From contig CACPPU010000001.1 in NCBI GenBank assembly GCA_902635945.1, positions 299,453 to 363,452 of the forward strand: 64,000 nt of DNA, read 5' to 3'. The DNA is from an uncultured Candidatus Actinomarina sp. GTDB taxonomy: Bacteria > Actinomycetota > Acidimicrobiia > Actinomarinales > Actinomarinaceae. Made by a program: the position numbers and the translations under genes. How positions within the stretch are numbered: the first letter of the stretch is position 1; the number at the start of each line of letters is the position of its first letter. The notes under the pieces are model-generated. The model was not told the DNA's origin. It saw only the letters and a program-made list of their open reading frames with translations, and did not search any database. Of this stretch, positions 1 through 9,529 are shown in pieces.

Positions 1-1089
1 TTGGGAGGTAGAGCTATGCGTGTTGTTAAAAATGATGATGAGTTAAAAAACTATCTATCAATATTGGCAACTGCAGATGATGATGGAAATCCTTTTAGCT
101 CTGGTCCACTACTTGTTGACCAGTTTCTAACCGAAACCATCGAAATAGATGTTGATTTAATTTCAGATGGAAAAGATGTCTTTATTGCAGGAATTTTAGA
201 GCATTTGGAACCTGCAGGAGTTCATAGTGGAGATTCTACTGCTGTTCTTCCACCATTTAGTATTACGGAAAGCATGATAAAGGAAATTGAAGACAAGAGT
301 ACGACCCTTGCAAAAGCCCTTGGTGTAAAAGGGTTATTAAATATTCAATTTGCTATTAAAGATGGTACATTATTTATTCTTGAGGCAAATCCGAGAGCTT
401 CAAGAACTATGCCTTTTGTGTCAAAAGTAACGGGAAACCAAATAATCAAAGCTGGCACCCTTTTAATGCTTGGACATAGTTTGGATTCAATCAAAAAAAC
501 TACCAATTATTTGAATAGTTCAACAAATAAAGTAGCTATTAAAAAAGCTATTTTTCCTTGGTCAAGATTTCCAGCTGAAGATACAATGCTTGGCCCTGAA
601 ATGAAAGCAACAGGAGAAGTATTGGGAATTGGAAGAAGTTTTGGAGTTGCTTTAAATAAAGCTTATGCAGCTGCAGGAGTTGAAATAAATGAAAATGAAA
701 AAGGAATTTTTGTGTCTCTTAGCGATCAAGAAAAACCTAATTTTATAAAAATTGTAAAAACTTATTCCGACTTAGGATTCAAAATTTATTCAACAAACGG
801 AACAGGAGAATACTTAAAAAATAACGAAATTAACTCAACTATTGTTGGAAGGGCTGATGAGACCTTTCCAACTTCTTTGACTATTCTTCAAGATAAACTA
901 ATTTCACTTGTTATCAATACACCAACATTTGCAAATGAATATACAGATGGATGGAAAATTAGGCGACTCTCACATGAGACTGGAGTAGCAGTAGTTTCAT
1001 CTGTCAGAGAAGCTGAAGCTTTTTTAAAGGCATTTTTAGAAACTACAAAATCTTTTGAAGACATGGAGGCAATACAAAATGTCAGTTAA
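1..1089 (+). CDS. carB: carbamoyl-phosphate synthase large subunit, C-terminal part (5' end lies outside the window)
   Basis: Open at the window edge. Has the CarB oligomerisation and MGS-like C-terminal region with the conserved ILEANPRASRT...PFVSK block. Followed by pyrF, as in pyr operons. Confidence 0.85.
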   Translation: MGGRAMRVVKNDDELKNYLSILATADDDGNPFSSGPLLVDQFLTETIEIDVDLISDGKDVFIAGILEHLEPAGVHSGDSTAVLPPFSITESMIKEIEDKSTTLAKALGVKGLLNIQFAIKDGTLFILEANPRASRTMPFVSKVTGNQIIKAGTLLMLGHSLDSIKKTTNYLNSSTNKVAIKKAIFPWSRFPAEDTMLGPEMKATGEVLGIGRSFGVALNKAYAAAGVEINENEKGIFVSLSDQEKPNFIKIVKTYSDLGFKIYSTNGTGEYLKNNEINSTIVGRADETFPTSLTILQDKLISLVINTPTFANEYTDGWKIRRLSHETGVAVVSSVREAEAFLKAFLETTKSFEDMEAIQNVS

Positions 1090-1717
1090 ACCAATATTCT
1101 TTGCATTAGATGGAAAATCATTATCTGAATTTGAATTTGAACTAAAGATATTAAAAGATCATATATATGGAGTAAAAGTAGGCCTTGAACTCTTTGTTTC
1201 TGAAGGGCCATCTGTTGTAGAAAAGTTAAAAAAACAAGGTTGGCAGGTTTTTTTAGACCTAAAACTTCATGATATACCAAATACTATTAAGGAAGCTACA
1301 AGAAGTGCAGCAAACCTTGGAGCAGATTTTTTAACAATTCATATTGCTTCTACTAGCGATGCCTTGATTGAAGCATCAAACACAAAAGGTAACACTCTAC
1401 AAATTCTTGGTGTAAGTAGTGCATTAACCAGTAGGGCTATGAGTAACTCAGTAAGTGAAGAAGTGAACAAAGAGTTTAAAGAAGCAAAGGAATGTGGTAT
1501 TGACGGAGTAATTTGTCCGGCTTCAGAAATATCTAAAACAAAAGAGATATTTGATTTAATTGTAACTCCTGGAATACGTCTTAAAAATGATGATAAAAAT
1601 GACCAAAAAAATGTTGCAACGCCTAATTTTGCATTCAATGAAGGTGCAAAATATATAGTTATGGGAAGATCTATAAGAAATAATCTCGACTACATTATCA
1701 ATGATTTAGAGTTATGA
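1079..1717 (+). CDS. pyrF: orotidine 5'-phosphate decarboxylase
   Basis: KPIFFALDG and LDLKLHDIPNT motifs, about 210 aa. The most likely start is the ATG at 1079, overlapping the carB stop. The ORF track opens at 1055. Confidence 0.85.
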   Translation: MSVKPIFFALDGKSLSEFEFELKILKDHIYGVKVGLELFVSEGPSVVEKLKKQGWQVFLDLKLHDIPNTIKEATRSAANLGADFLTIHIASTSDALIEASNTKGNTLQILGVSSALTSRAMSNSVSEEVNKEFKEAKECGIDGVICPASEISKTKEIFDLIVTPGIRLKNDDKNDQKNVATPNFAFNEGAKYIVMGRSIRNNLDYIINDLEL

Positions 1718-2391
1718 AAACATTTATTGCAGCACCATTTGGAAATTATATTAAAACATCAAATACAATCTCCGTTACTGGAAGCTGGACTATAGAAAAA
1801 CGTAAAGGTCGTATAAAGCAAATTGTAAAAACACTGAGATACACCAAAAGAGGGTGGGTTAACAAAATAGGCTTAAGAAATCCGGGATTTGAACATGGTA
1901 TAAAAAATCATAAACAAAATGAGGTATTTTCAATAGCTGGAATTGAGGAAGATGATTGGAAAATTTTTGCTGAATTGATTCCTAGTGACACAAATCTAGA
2001 AGTAAATATGTCATGCCCAAATATTGAAAGCCACTTTACTTCAGGAATTGAAAACTTCAGTTATGAGTCTCGCCAGTGGTATATTGGAAAGATTTCTCCA
2101 TTAACAACTTTTGATGAGTTAGAAAAATATATAAATGAATTTAATTTTAAACAAATTCATGCTTGTAATACTTTGCCCATTGAAAAAGGTGGTTTAAGCG
2201 GAAAAGAACTTATCCCATATACTTTTAAATTTATTGAGCATATAAAGCAGTACTATCCTCATATTGAGATTATTGCTGGTGGAGGAATATCTGAAAAAAA
2301 AGATATTGAGCATTATATTGAGTTAGGCGCAGATCATATAAGTCTTGGAACTGTATGTTTCAATCCAGTAAAATTAGGAAGGTTATTATGA
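1714..2391 (+). CDS. pyrD: dihydroorotate dehydrogenase-like protein, compact 225-aa form
   Basis: DHOD motifs GLRNPG, NMSCPN, GGLSGK and IIAGGGI are present. It is shorter than the usual 300 aa or more. Sits in the pyr gene context. Confidence 0.6.
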   Translation: MKTFIAAPFGNYIKTSNTISVTGSWTIEKRKGRIKQIVKTLRYTKRGWVNKIGLRNPGFEHGIKNHKQNEVFSIAGIEEDDWKIFAELIPSDTNLEVNMSCPNIESHFTSGIENFSYESRQWYIGKISPLTTFDELEKYINEFNFKQIHACNTLPIEKGGLSGKELIPYTFKFIEHIKQYYPHIEIIAGGGISEKKDIEHYIELGADHISLGTVCFNPVKLGRLL

Positions 2392-2744
2392 ATTTATTTA
2401 TTAGAGAAGATTTTATCTCACACGCAGGATTGCCGTTGACCTGGAAGGTCGAATGTGATGCGTTAAGTGAGGGTGATTACGAAGCGCTTGCAAAAATAGT
2501 AAGCGAAAAAATTAAATTTAAAGATGTAGTTGGTATTCCTCGTGGAGGTATTCCTTTTGAAAATGCCCTTAAACAGTACGCATCTAATGACGAAAATGAT
2601 CCGTTGTTAATTTGTGACGATGTATATACAACTGGTACATCAATGAGAGAGGTTTATCAAGAGGGTGCAATTGGTATTGTAGTTTTTGCAAGGAATGAGA
2701 TTACAGATGATTGGATTAAGGCAATTTGGCAAATGTCAATCTAG
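2388..2744 (+). CDS. type I phosphoribosyltransferase-domain protein, possibly a minimal orotate PRTase
   Basis: PRPP-binding motif LLICDDVYTTGTSM. Only about 118 aa from the ATG at 2388, which overlaps the pyrD stop in an ATGA junction. Lies in the pyr context. Confidence 0.5.
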   Translation: MNLFIREDFISHAGLPLTWKVECDALSEGDYEALAKIVSEKIKFKDVVGIPRGGIPFENALKQYASNDENDPLLICDDVYTTGTSMREVYQEGAIGIVVFARNEITDDWIKAIWQMSI

Positions 2745-3175
2745 TCTTCTAATTTACTAATTCTCCTTAGATATCTCTCTTCTTTAATTAACGTAGCGTC
2801 TAAAAAACTTTCAACAATATTTATAACATTTTCCTCATTTATATTATTTGTACCTAAACATAGAACATTTACATCATTGTGTTCAACACTTTGTATTGCA
2901 GTATCTTTATCAACTACATTTGATGCTCTTATTCCTTTGATTTTATTAGCAGCAATTGACATGCCTACACCGCTTCCACAAATCAATAATCCTCTAGAGG
3001 ATTCATTATTGAATACAAAATCACAAGCTTCTTTTGCAAAGTCTGGAAAGTCGCAACTATCTTCATTATTAGTTCCAAAATCTTTTATGTTAATTTCTCT
3101 TTTAAGGTTGTTAACAATATAATTTTTTAATTTGTATCCAGCATGGTCAGATGCAATTGCTAAATTTTGAATCAT
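2741..3175 (-). CDS. rpiB: ribose-5-phosphate isomerase B
   Basis: RpiB/LacAB family; SDHAGYKLK and CGSGVGMSIAANK motifs; 144 aa. Confidence 0.85.
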   Translation of the reverse strand: MIQNLAIASDHAGYKLKNYIVNNLKREINIKDFGTNNEDSCDFPDFAKEACDFVFNNESSRGLLICGSGVGMSIAANKIKGIRASNVVDKDTAIQSVEHNDVNVLCLGTNNINEENVINIVESFLDATLIKEERYLRRISKLED

Positions 3176-4542
3176 TAAATTAATTTTTCTATATTTAAAA
3201 GCTCATCAATTTCTTCACTTGATATCAAGTTTTTCTCAAGTAAAACTTCTTTAATAGTTTTGTTTTGTGACATAGCTTCTTTAGCAACTTCAGCAGATTT
3301 GTCATAACCAATTACAGGGACAAGGGCAGTGACTAAAATTGAATTTTTTTGAATATTTTCATCAAGCTTTTCTGTATTTGCTTCTAAATCATTAATTAAT
3401 TTTTTTTCAAATACATCAGTACTAGTAGTCAAAAGCTCAATACTTTCAAGTAGATTGTGTGCCATAACAGGTAACATTGTATTCAATTCAAAGTTCCCAT
3501 TTGATGAGGAAAAGGTAATTGTGTTGTCATTTCCTATTACTTGTGCAGAAACTTGCATAACCATTTCAGGTATTACAGGATTAACTTTTCCAGGCATGAT
3601 TGAAGAGCCAGGCTGCAATGCAGGAATAATTAGCTCATTTAGTCCAGAGACAGGTCCACTACCCATCCACCTAATATCATTTGCAATTTTAAACATAGAT
3701 ACAGCAAATGCTTTTAAGCAACCTGACAAATGAACAACTTCTTCTCTAGATCCCTGGCGAGTAAAATGGTTTTCTACTTCAACAAAATTAATACTTAATG
3801 ATTTTGAAATCTCTTTTGCAACATCTTTACCAAAATTATCTGGTGCATTGATTCCGGTACCAACTGCTGTACCACCAATAGCCAATTTACTGGCATTTAC
3901 TAGTGATAATTTAATATCTTCTAGTCTCTCTGATAAAAGTGCTGAATATCCCCTAAATTCTTGTCCAAGGGAAACAGGCGTTGCATCCATTAAGTGGGTG
4001 CGTCCATTTTTGTATACTTTTTCCCATTTTTTGGCTTTATCTTCGAGTGATTGAATTAAACTTTCAACAGCTGGAATCAAATTTTGAACGATTTCTGTTA
4101 CAGCTGCGACATTAGTAGCTGTTGGAATTACATCATTTGATGACTGACTCATGTTTACGTGGTCATTCGGATGAATATTTTCACTTAAACTTTCTGAAGC
4201 AATTTTTGAAATTATTTCATTAGCATTCATATTTGTTGAGGTGCCTGATCCAGTTTGAAATATATCCACAACAAAATCTTTGTCATGATTACCATCAATT
4301 ACCTGTTGTGATGCATCAATAATAGAATCTGCAAAATTCTTATCTAATAATTTATTATTTTGATTTACTTTTGCACAAGCTTTTTTAATCTCACCTAATG
4401 CTTTAATAAAGGATCTGGAAAATCTAAGGTTTGATATTGGGAAATTTTCTACTGCTCTTGCTGTAGAGGCTCCATATTTAGCATTTATTGGAACTTGAAA
4501 CTCTCCCATTGAGTCTTTTTCAGTTCTAAATTGTTCTGTCAT
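3175..4542 (-). CDS. aspA: aspartate ammonia-lyase / class II fumarase family lyase (aspartase-like signature)
   Basis: Carries the GSSIMPGKVNPVIPE signature loop. KVNPVxPE is aspartase-like, whereas fumarase C has KVNPTQCE. N-terminal EKDSMGEFQVP; 455 aa. Confidence 0.7.
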   Translation of the reverse strand: MTEQFRTEKDSMGEFQVPINAKYGASTARAVENFPISNLRFSRSFIKALGEIKKACAKVNQNNKLLDKNFADSIIDASQQVIDGNHDKDFVVDIFQTGSGTSTNMNANEIISKIASESLSENIHPNDHVNMSQSSNDVIPTATNVAAVTEIVQNLIPAVESLIQSLEDKAKKWEKVYKNGRTHLMDATPVSLGQEFRGYSALLSERLEDIKLSLVNASKLAIGGTAVGTGINAPDNFGKDVAKEISKSLSINFVEVENHFTRQGSREEVVHLSGCLKAFAVSMFKIANDIRWMGSGPVSGLNELIIPALQPGSSIMPGKVNPVIPEMVMQVSAQVIGNDNTITFSSSNGNFELNTMLPVMAHNLLESIELLTTSTDVFEKKLINDLEANTEKLDENIQKNSILVTALVPVIGYDKSAEVAKEAMSQNKTIKEVLLEKNLISSEEIDELLNIEKLI

Positions 4543-5241
4543 TTACTGTTCCTGATATTGAGTGTATCCACCAGAATCTACTTCTTCAATAAGTTCTTTA
4601 GATCCTGATTTCACGACATTTCCTTTTACTACAATATGAACTCTATCAACATCAAGGTATCTTAAAATTCTTGAGTAATGTGTGACTAATAGATAAGAGG
4701 TTTCATCATCTCTATTTTCATTAATTAAATTAGCTACTGTCTTGATAGCATCGATATCTAAACCAGAATCAATTTCATCTAGCAATGCTAGTTTTGGTTT
4801 TTTTAATGCAAGCTGGAAGAGTTCAGAACGTTTTTTTTCTCCACCTGACAAATCAACATTTACATCTCTATCTAAAAACTCTTCAACATTAAATTTCTTA
4901 GCAACAGAAACTATTTCCTCTTCGTTTAACCCTTCTGTTGAAGCCATAGCAAACTCCATTAAAGATACTCCAGGCAGGCCAACGGGATATTGATAAGATT
5001 GAAATATTCCATCATCTGCTCTTTCAAACTGAGGCTTTCCTAATATTTCACTACCATTCAGTTTTACCTCACCATTAGCCTCAAAATCTGGATTTCCCAT
5101 TAAAACATGGCATAATGTGGACTTACCAGAACCATTCGGCCCCATTACTGCGTGGAGCTCACCTTTACCAATTTCTAAATCCACCCCATTCAAAATTTTT
5201 ACATCACCAATGTTTGCAAATAAATTACTAATCTTAAGCAT
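4543..5241 (-). CDS. sufC: Fe-S cluster assembly ATPase SufC
   Basis: ABC ATPase with Walker A GPNGSGKST and LSGGEKKR signature; adjacent to sufB and sufD. Confidence 0.85.
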   Translation of the reverse strand: MLKISNLFANIGDVKILNGVDLEIGKGELHAVMGPNGSGKSTLCHVLMGNPDFEANGEVKLNGSEILGKPQFERADDGIFQSYQYPVGLPGVSLMEFAMASTEGLNEEEIVSVAKKFNVEEFLDRDVNVDLSGGEKKRSELFQLALKKPKLALLDEIDSGLDIDAIKTVANLINENRDDETSYLLVTHYSRILRYLDVDRVHIVVKGNVVKSGSKELIEEVDSGGYTQYQEQ

Positions 5242-5548
5242 CTAAATTTTCCTTAATTACTAAAGAATCTCCGTCTATCTCAGTTGTAAAAACAGTAACC
5301 GGTTTTGTAGCTGGTAAAGTTAAAGCTTCACCTGTTTTCAAATCAAACTCTGCACCATGAAGAGGGCACTCTACTTTACAATCATAAACCTCTCCATCTG
5401 CAAGATCAGCTTCAGAATGAGAGCACATATTTTGAATAGCGTAATAATCTTCATCTACTTTAAACACTGCTACCGTAATTCCATTTATATCTATTTTTGT
5501 AACAGATGTATTTTCAAATTCTGAAAGCTTAATGGTATTCATGCTCAC
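5234..5548 (-). CDS. Rieske [2Fe-2S] ferredoxin-like protein embedded in the suf operon
   Basis: CSH...CPLHG Rieske cluster-binding boxes; 104 aa. Confidence 0.75.
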   Translation of the reverse strand: MSMNTIKLSEFENTSVTKIDINGITVAVFKVDEDYYAIQNMCSHSEADLADGEVYDCKVECPLHGAEFDLKTGEALTLPATKPVTVFTTEIDGDSLVIKENLDA

Positions 5549-6702
5549 TTTGATCTTTCCAGTACATTTAAATATTTTTGCATTAATTCCTCAGAAACTT
5601 TATCAGAGATAGTTTCCCAACCATCTTCACTTATAACTTCATTAAAGAAACCTTGGATTAGTAATTTTTCTGCTGAAGTTTTATCAATACCTCTAGACAT
5701 AACGTAATGGTATAAATTCTCTTCAATAGGTCCAACAGATGATCCGTGTCCACATATAACATCATCACATAAAATTTCCAGATTAGGAACCGACTGAGCA
5801 CTTGCAGTTTCTGATAGTAATATATTTCTATTTTCCTGGTGAGATTCAGTTTTTTCAGCACCCTCTGCAATGTGTATTGTTCCTGTAAAAACTGATCTAC
5901 TTTCATCACCTAGAACTCCCTTGGTTAACATATTTGATGTAGTTCTTTTTGCTATATGATTTACAAAAACTCTATTGTCGTGAACTTGAGCTTTTTCTCC
6001 AAAATAAACACCGTCAATATTGAATCCTGCTCCGTCTCCTATTAAGTCGACATCTATCCTATTTCTAGAAAATGAACCACCAGTACTTACAGTATGTATA
6101 TTGAAAAACCCATCTTTTTCAACTCGTGCAAAAATTGAATTTATAATATCTAGCTCTTTTGGAGTGTCAGCATCAATAATCAATTCCAAATTAGAGTTAC
6201 TATTTGCTAAAACTTCAATAATTGAATAAACATCTGCATTTAAAGAATCTCCGAACTTTATAGATAATTTTGCTGTGACATTCTTTTCAACATTTATTCC
6301 AATATAGGGAGTTGATAAACCTGTATTTTGTAGATTGAGTGTAACAAATTCTTGATTATTTTCTTTAAAGTCAATAATTATTCCACCATTACACTTTTGA
6401 TATTGTTGCGCCAAAAATCTATCAACAGGTCTTAAAGCATAATCAGCAATCAATGGCTCAGACACATCATTTAGATCAATAACGCTAAAAGTCTCGTTGT
6501 CTTTACAAATAAATTCATTTGAATTAAATACAATGTCAAAATCTGTGTTTTCAACTAAATCATTATTTTCTTCTTCAACTTTGAAATCATTTATTGATTC
6601 AGATATGTTTGTGTATTTCCAATCTTCATCTTTTGTTGATATTTCTTTCAATGAGTCGTAAGGCTCTGAAATTAATTTTTTTGAAAACACTTTATTATTC
6701 AA
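5545..6702 (-). CDS. sufD: Fe-S cluster assembly protein SufD
   Basis: SufB/SufD family beta-helix protein located between sufB and sufC; 385 aa. Confidence 0.75.
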   Translation of the reverse strand: MNNKVFSKKLISEPYDSLKEISTKDEDWKYTNISESINDFKVEEENNDLVENTDFDIVFNSNEFICKDNETFSVIDLNDVSEPLIADYALRPVDRFLAQQYQKCNGGIIIDFKENNQEFVTLNLQNTGLSTPYIGINVEKNVTAKLSIKFGDSLNADVYSIIEVLANSNSNLELIIDADTPKELDIINSIFARVEKDGFFNIHTVSTGGSFSRNRIDVDLIGDGAGFNIDGVYFGEKAQVHDNRVFVNHIAKRTTSNMLTKGVLGDESRSVFTGTIHIAEGAEKTESHQENRNILLSETASAQSVPNLEILCDDVICGHGSSVGPIEENLYHYVMSRGIDKTSAEKLLIQGFFNEVISEDGWETISDKVSEELMQKYLNVLERSK

Positions 6703-6715
6703 TTTTTATGAAACC

Positions 6716-8125
6716 TTAACCTATTGCGCCAGCTTCTATCATATTAAGTTCTATAAGTTTGTTGAACTCCATTGCATATTCCATAGGCAAGGTTTTAGTA
6801 AACTCTTCAACAAAGCCAGCAACAACCATAGATGTTGCTTCAGCTTCAGAGAGACCTCTACTCATCAAATAAAATAACTGATCTTCGCCAACTTTTGAAA
6901 CAGTAGCCTCATGGCCAATCTCGGCAGTAGATTCTTCAATTTCCATATAAGGATACGTATCGGATCTAGATTTATCATCTAATATTAAAGCATCACATCT
7001 TACGAAACTTTTAGCAGTTTCAGAGCCATCTTCTACTCTTACCAAACCTCTGTAAGCACCTCTTCCTCCACCTTTTGAAATTGATTTTGATGTGATTAGT
7101 GAAGTTGTATCTGGAGCTAAATGTACCATCTTTGCTCCAGTGTCTTGGTGTTGTCCAGAATTAGCAAACGCAACAGATAGCACTTCTCCATGAGCACCAG
7201 GCTCCATTAGGTAAACTGAAGGGTATTTCACGGTTAATGAAGAACCAATGTTGGCATCAATCCATTCCATTGTTGCATTTGCAAATGCTTGAGCTCGTTT
7301 AGTAACTAGATTAAATACATCATTGGACCAGTTTTGAATAGTTGTATATCTACATGTTCCCGAAGGTTTTACAATAATTTCAACAACTGCTGAATGTAAT
7401 GCATCAGTAGTGTACACAGGAGCAGAACATCCCTCTATATAGTGTACAGAGGCACCCTCATCAACAATTATTAGTGTTCTTTCAAACTGACCCATATTTT
7501 CAGCATTAATTCTGAAATAGGCTTGAAGAGGGTCTTCAATATGTACGCCTTTTGGTACATAAATAAATGATCCTCCCGACCAAACTGCAGAGTTAAGTGC
7601 AGCAAATTTATTGTCACCTGGAGGTATTACCGTTCCAAAATATTCCTGTACAAGTTCTGGATACTCTCTTACAGCAGTGTCCATATCACAAAAAATAACT
7701 CCCAATTTTTCAAGATCTTCTCTATTTCTGTGATAAACAACTTCACTTTCGTATTGTGCAGTAACGCCGGCAAGATAACTTCTCTCGGCTTCGGGTATGC
7801 CAAGTTTTTCATAAGTTTCTTTAATCTCATCAGGAACCATGTCCCAAGAGTCAGCCTGTTCTTCAGTCGGCTTGATGTAGTAATAAATATCGTCAAAGTC
7901 TAAAGAGTCTAATTTTTCTTTAGCTACCCACTCAGGCATTGGCTTATCTAAAAACCTTTTATATGCTTTCAATCTAAAATCAAGCATCCACTCTGGTTCT
8001 TCTTTAATTTCTGACATCTTTCTAATGATGTCCTCATTAAGACCTTTTTCAGGTTTAAAAACATTTTTCTCAGGATCAGACCACCCAAGCGAGTACTTTC
8101 CTAAATCTATATCAACATTTGCCAT
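6716..8125 (-). CDS. sufB: Fe-S cluster assembly protein SufB
   Basis: 469 aa with strong SufB conservation ([26 protein letters not shown]). Confidence 0.9.
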   Translation of the reverse strand: MANVDIDLGKYSLGWSDPEKNVFKPEKGLNEDIIRKMSEIKEEPEWMLDFRLKAYKRFLDKPMPEWVAKEKLDSLDFDDIYYYIKPTEEQADSWDMVPDEIKETYEKLGIPEAERSYLAGVTAQYESEVVYHRNREDLEKLGVIFCDMDTAVREYPELVQEYFGTVIPPGDNKFAALNSAVWSGGSFIYVPKGVHIEDPLQAYFRINAENMGQFERTLIIVDEGASVHYIEGCSAPVYTTDALHSAVVEIIVKPSGTCRYTTIQNWSNDVFNLVTKRAQAFANATMEWIDANIGSSLTVKYPSVYLMEPGAHGEVLSVAFANSGQHQDTGAKMVHLAPDTTSLITSKSISKGGGRGAYRGLVRVEDGSETAKSFVRCDALILDDKSRSDTYPYMEIEESTAEIGHEATVSKVGEDQLFYLMSRGLSEAEATSMVVAGFVEEFTKTLPMEYAMEFNKLIELNMIEAGAIG

Positions 8126-8206
8126 ACTTTCATTTTAATAATGTGCTGGTTCAATCATAAAAAGTATTGATTTAATTTATTTCCTTAAGTAGTTATTATT
8201 TTTTAT

Positions 8207-8641
8207 ATGCCAGCAATTTTTATAAATCCTAATAATGAAGAACACATAAATCTATTAAATCGTCTAAAAGAACAGAATCAAGATTTAAGAGTTTTTATAT
8301 CAGACAAAATTGAAAAAGAGTTTGTAGAAAAATTACCTGGAAAAAAAGCAATAGGCGATATTTACGATGATTCACACATATACACAGCCTCTGAAGGAGC
8401 ATTTTGTGGAATATTTTACGAAGGCTCAGAAAATTCTTTAAGAGAAGTGTTTATAAAGTCAATTAAACAGTCATCATTAAAAAGAATTTTATGGATATCT
8501 AATCAGAAAGAATCGGATGAAATCACAGAATTAGACAACTTAACTTATATTTTTTGTAACAAAGATTCAAATTATGAAGATACTGTTTTGGAATTAGAAG
8601 AAATAGATGAAGTAACTGATAAATTTATCGATTTATCCTAA
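8207..8641 (+). CDS. hypothetical acidic cytoplasmic protein, 144 aa
   Basis: Clean ORF with no recognisable motif; immediately upstream of the DNA methyltransferase gene. Confidence 0.4.
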   Translation: MPAIFINPNNEEHINLLNRLKEQNQDLRVFISDKIEKEFVEKLPGKKAIGDIYDDSHIYTASEGAFCGIFYEGSENSLREVFIKSIKQSSLKRILWISNQKESDEITELDNLTYIFCNKDSNYEDTVLELEEIDEVTDKFIDLS

Positions 8642-8689
8642 AAAACTTTGAACTTAGATTACTAGATTGTAAAGTTGTAAAATTCTCTT

Positions 8690-9529
8690 ATGAAGAAAAA
8701 TTCATTTTTTAAATCTGGTTCCGGAGCTCGGAAAGCATTTGTTTCTAACTTCCAAGATAAAACAGAATTAAAAGAATTCACAGACGCAAACAATAAATCA
8801 AAAATAGTAGATGAAATTTTTCACAAAAGCTCTGAAAATATGGAGGAGCTTGAAAATAATTCTGTTAGCCTCACAGTCACATCCCCGCCTTACAACATTG
8901 GTAAGGATAGCGACCTAGATTTAACTGATGATGAGTACTGGTCAATGATGGAAAATATTTTTAAAGAAACATATAGAGTCACTGAATCCGGGGGGAGACT
9001 TGTTGTAAATGTTGCTAATTTAGGCAGGAAACCTTATATTCCTTTTTCAAAATACTTCACAGAGCTTTTAATTGAGACTGGTTTTATTATGCGTGGTGAA
9101 ATCATATGGCAAAAGTCCAAAGGAGCTAATGCTAATTTTGCCTGGGGTAGCTGGCTATCGGCATCCAACCCAGTTATTAGAGATATTCACGAGTATTGTT
9201 TAGTATTTTCAAAAGATTCACTTAAAAAATCTACTCAAGGTGAATCTTCTCTTGAAAAAGAAGAGTTTATGGAATCCACACTTTCTATATGGAATATAAA
9301 TCCAGCGAGAGCAAAGAAAATAGGCCATCCTGCTCCATTTCCAATAGAACTGCCACAAAAATTCATAAATCTTTACACATACAAAAATGATTTAATTCTT
9401 GATCCTTTCCTGGGGAGTGGAACAACAGCTATAGCAGCAAAATTATTGGATCGAAATTTTGTTGGTTATGAAATTGAAGAAGAGTACATTGAAATTGCTA
9501 AAAATAGAATAAAAAAAGAAGTTAATTAA
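8690..9529 (+). CDS. beta-class DNA methyltransferase, predicted N4-cytosine (SPPY) type, CcrM/HinfI-like fold
   Basis: Motif IV TSPPYN lies upstream of motif I DPFLGSGTT. Also has the IIWxKS and HPAPFP blocks, aligning with CcrM-family enzymes. Confidence 0.8.
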   Translation: MKKNSFFKSGSGARKAFVSNFQDKTELKEFTDANNKSKIVDEIFHKSSENMEELENNSVSLTVTSPPYNIGKDSDLDLTDDEYWSMMENIFKETYRVTESGGRLVVNVANLGRKPYIPFSKYFTELLIETGFIMRGEIIWQKSKGANANFAWGSWLSASNPVIRDIHEYCLVFSKDSLKKSTQGESSLEKEEFMESTLSIWNINPARAKKIGHPAPFPIELPQKFINLYTYKNDLILDPFLGSGTTAIAAKLLDRNFVGYEIEEEYIEIAKNRIKKEVN

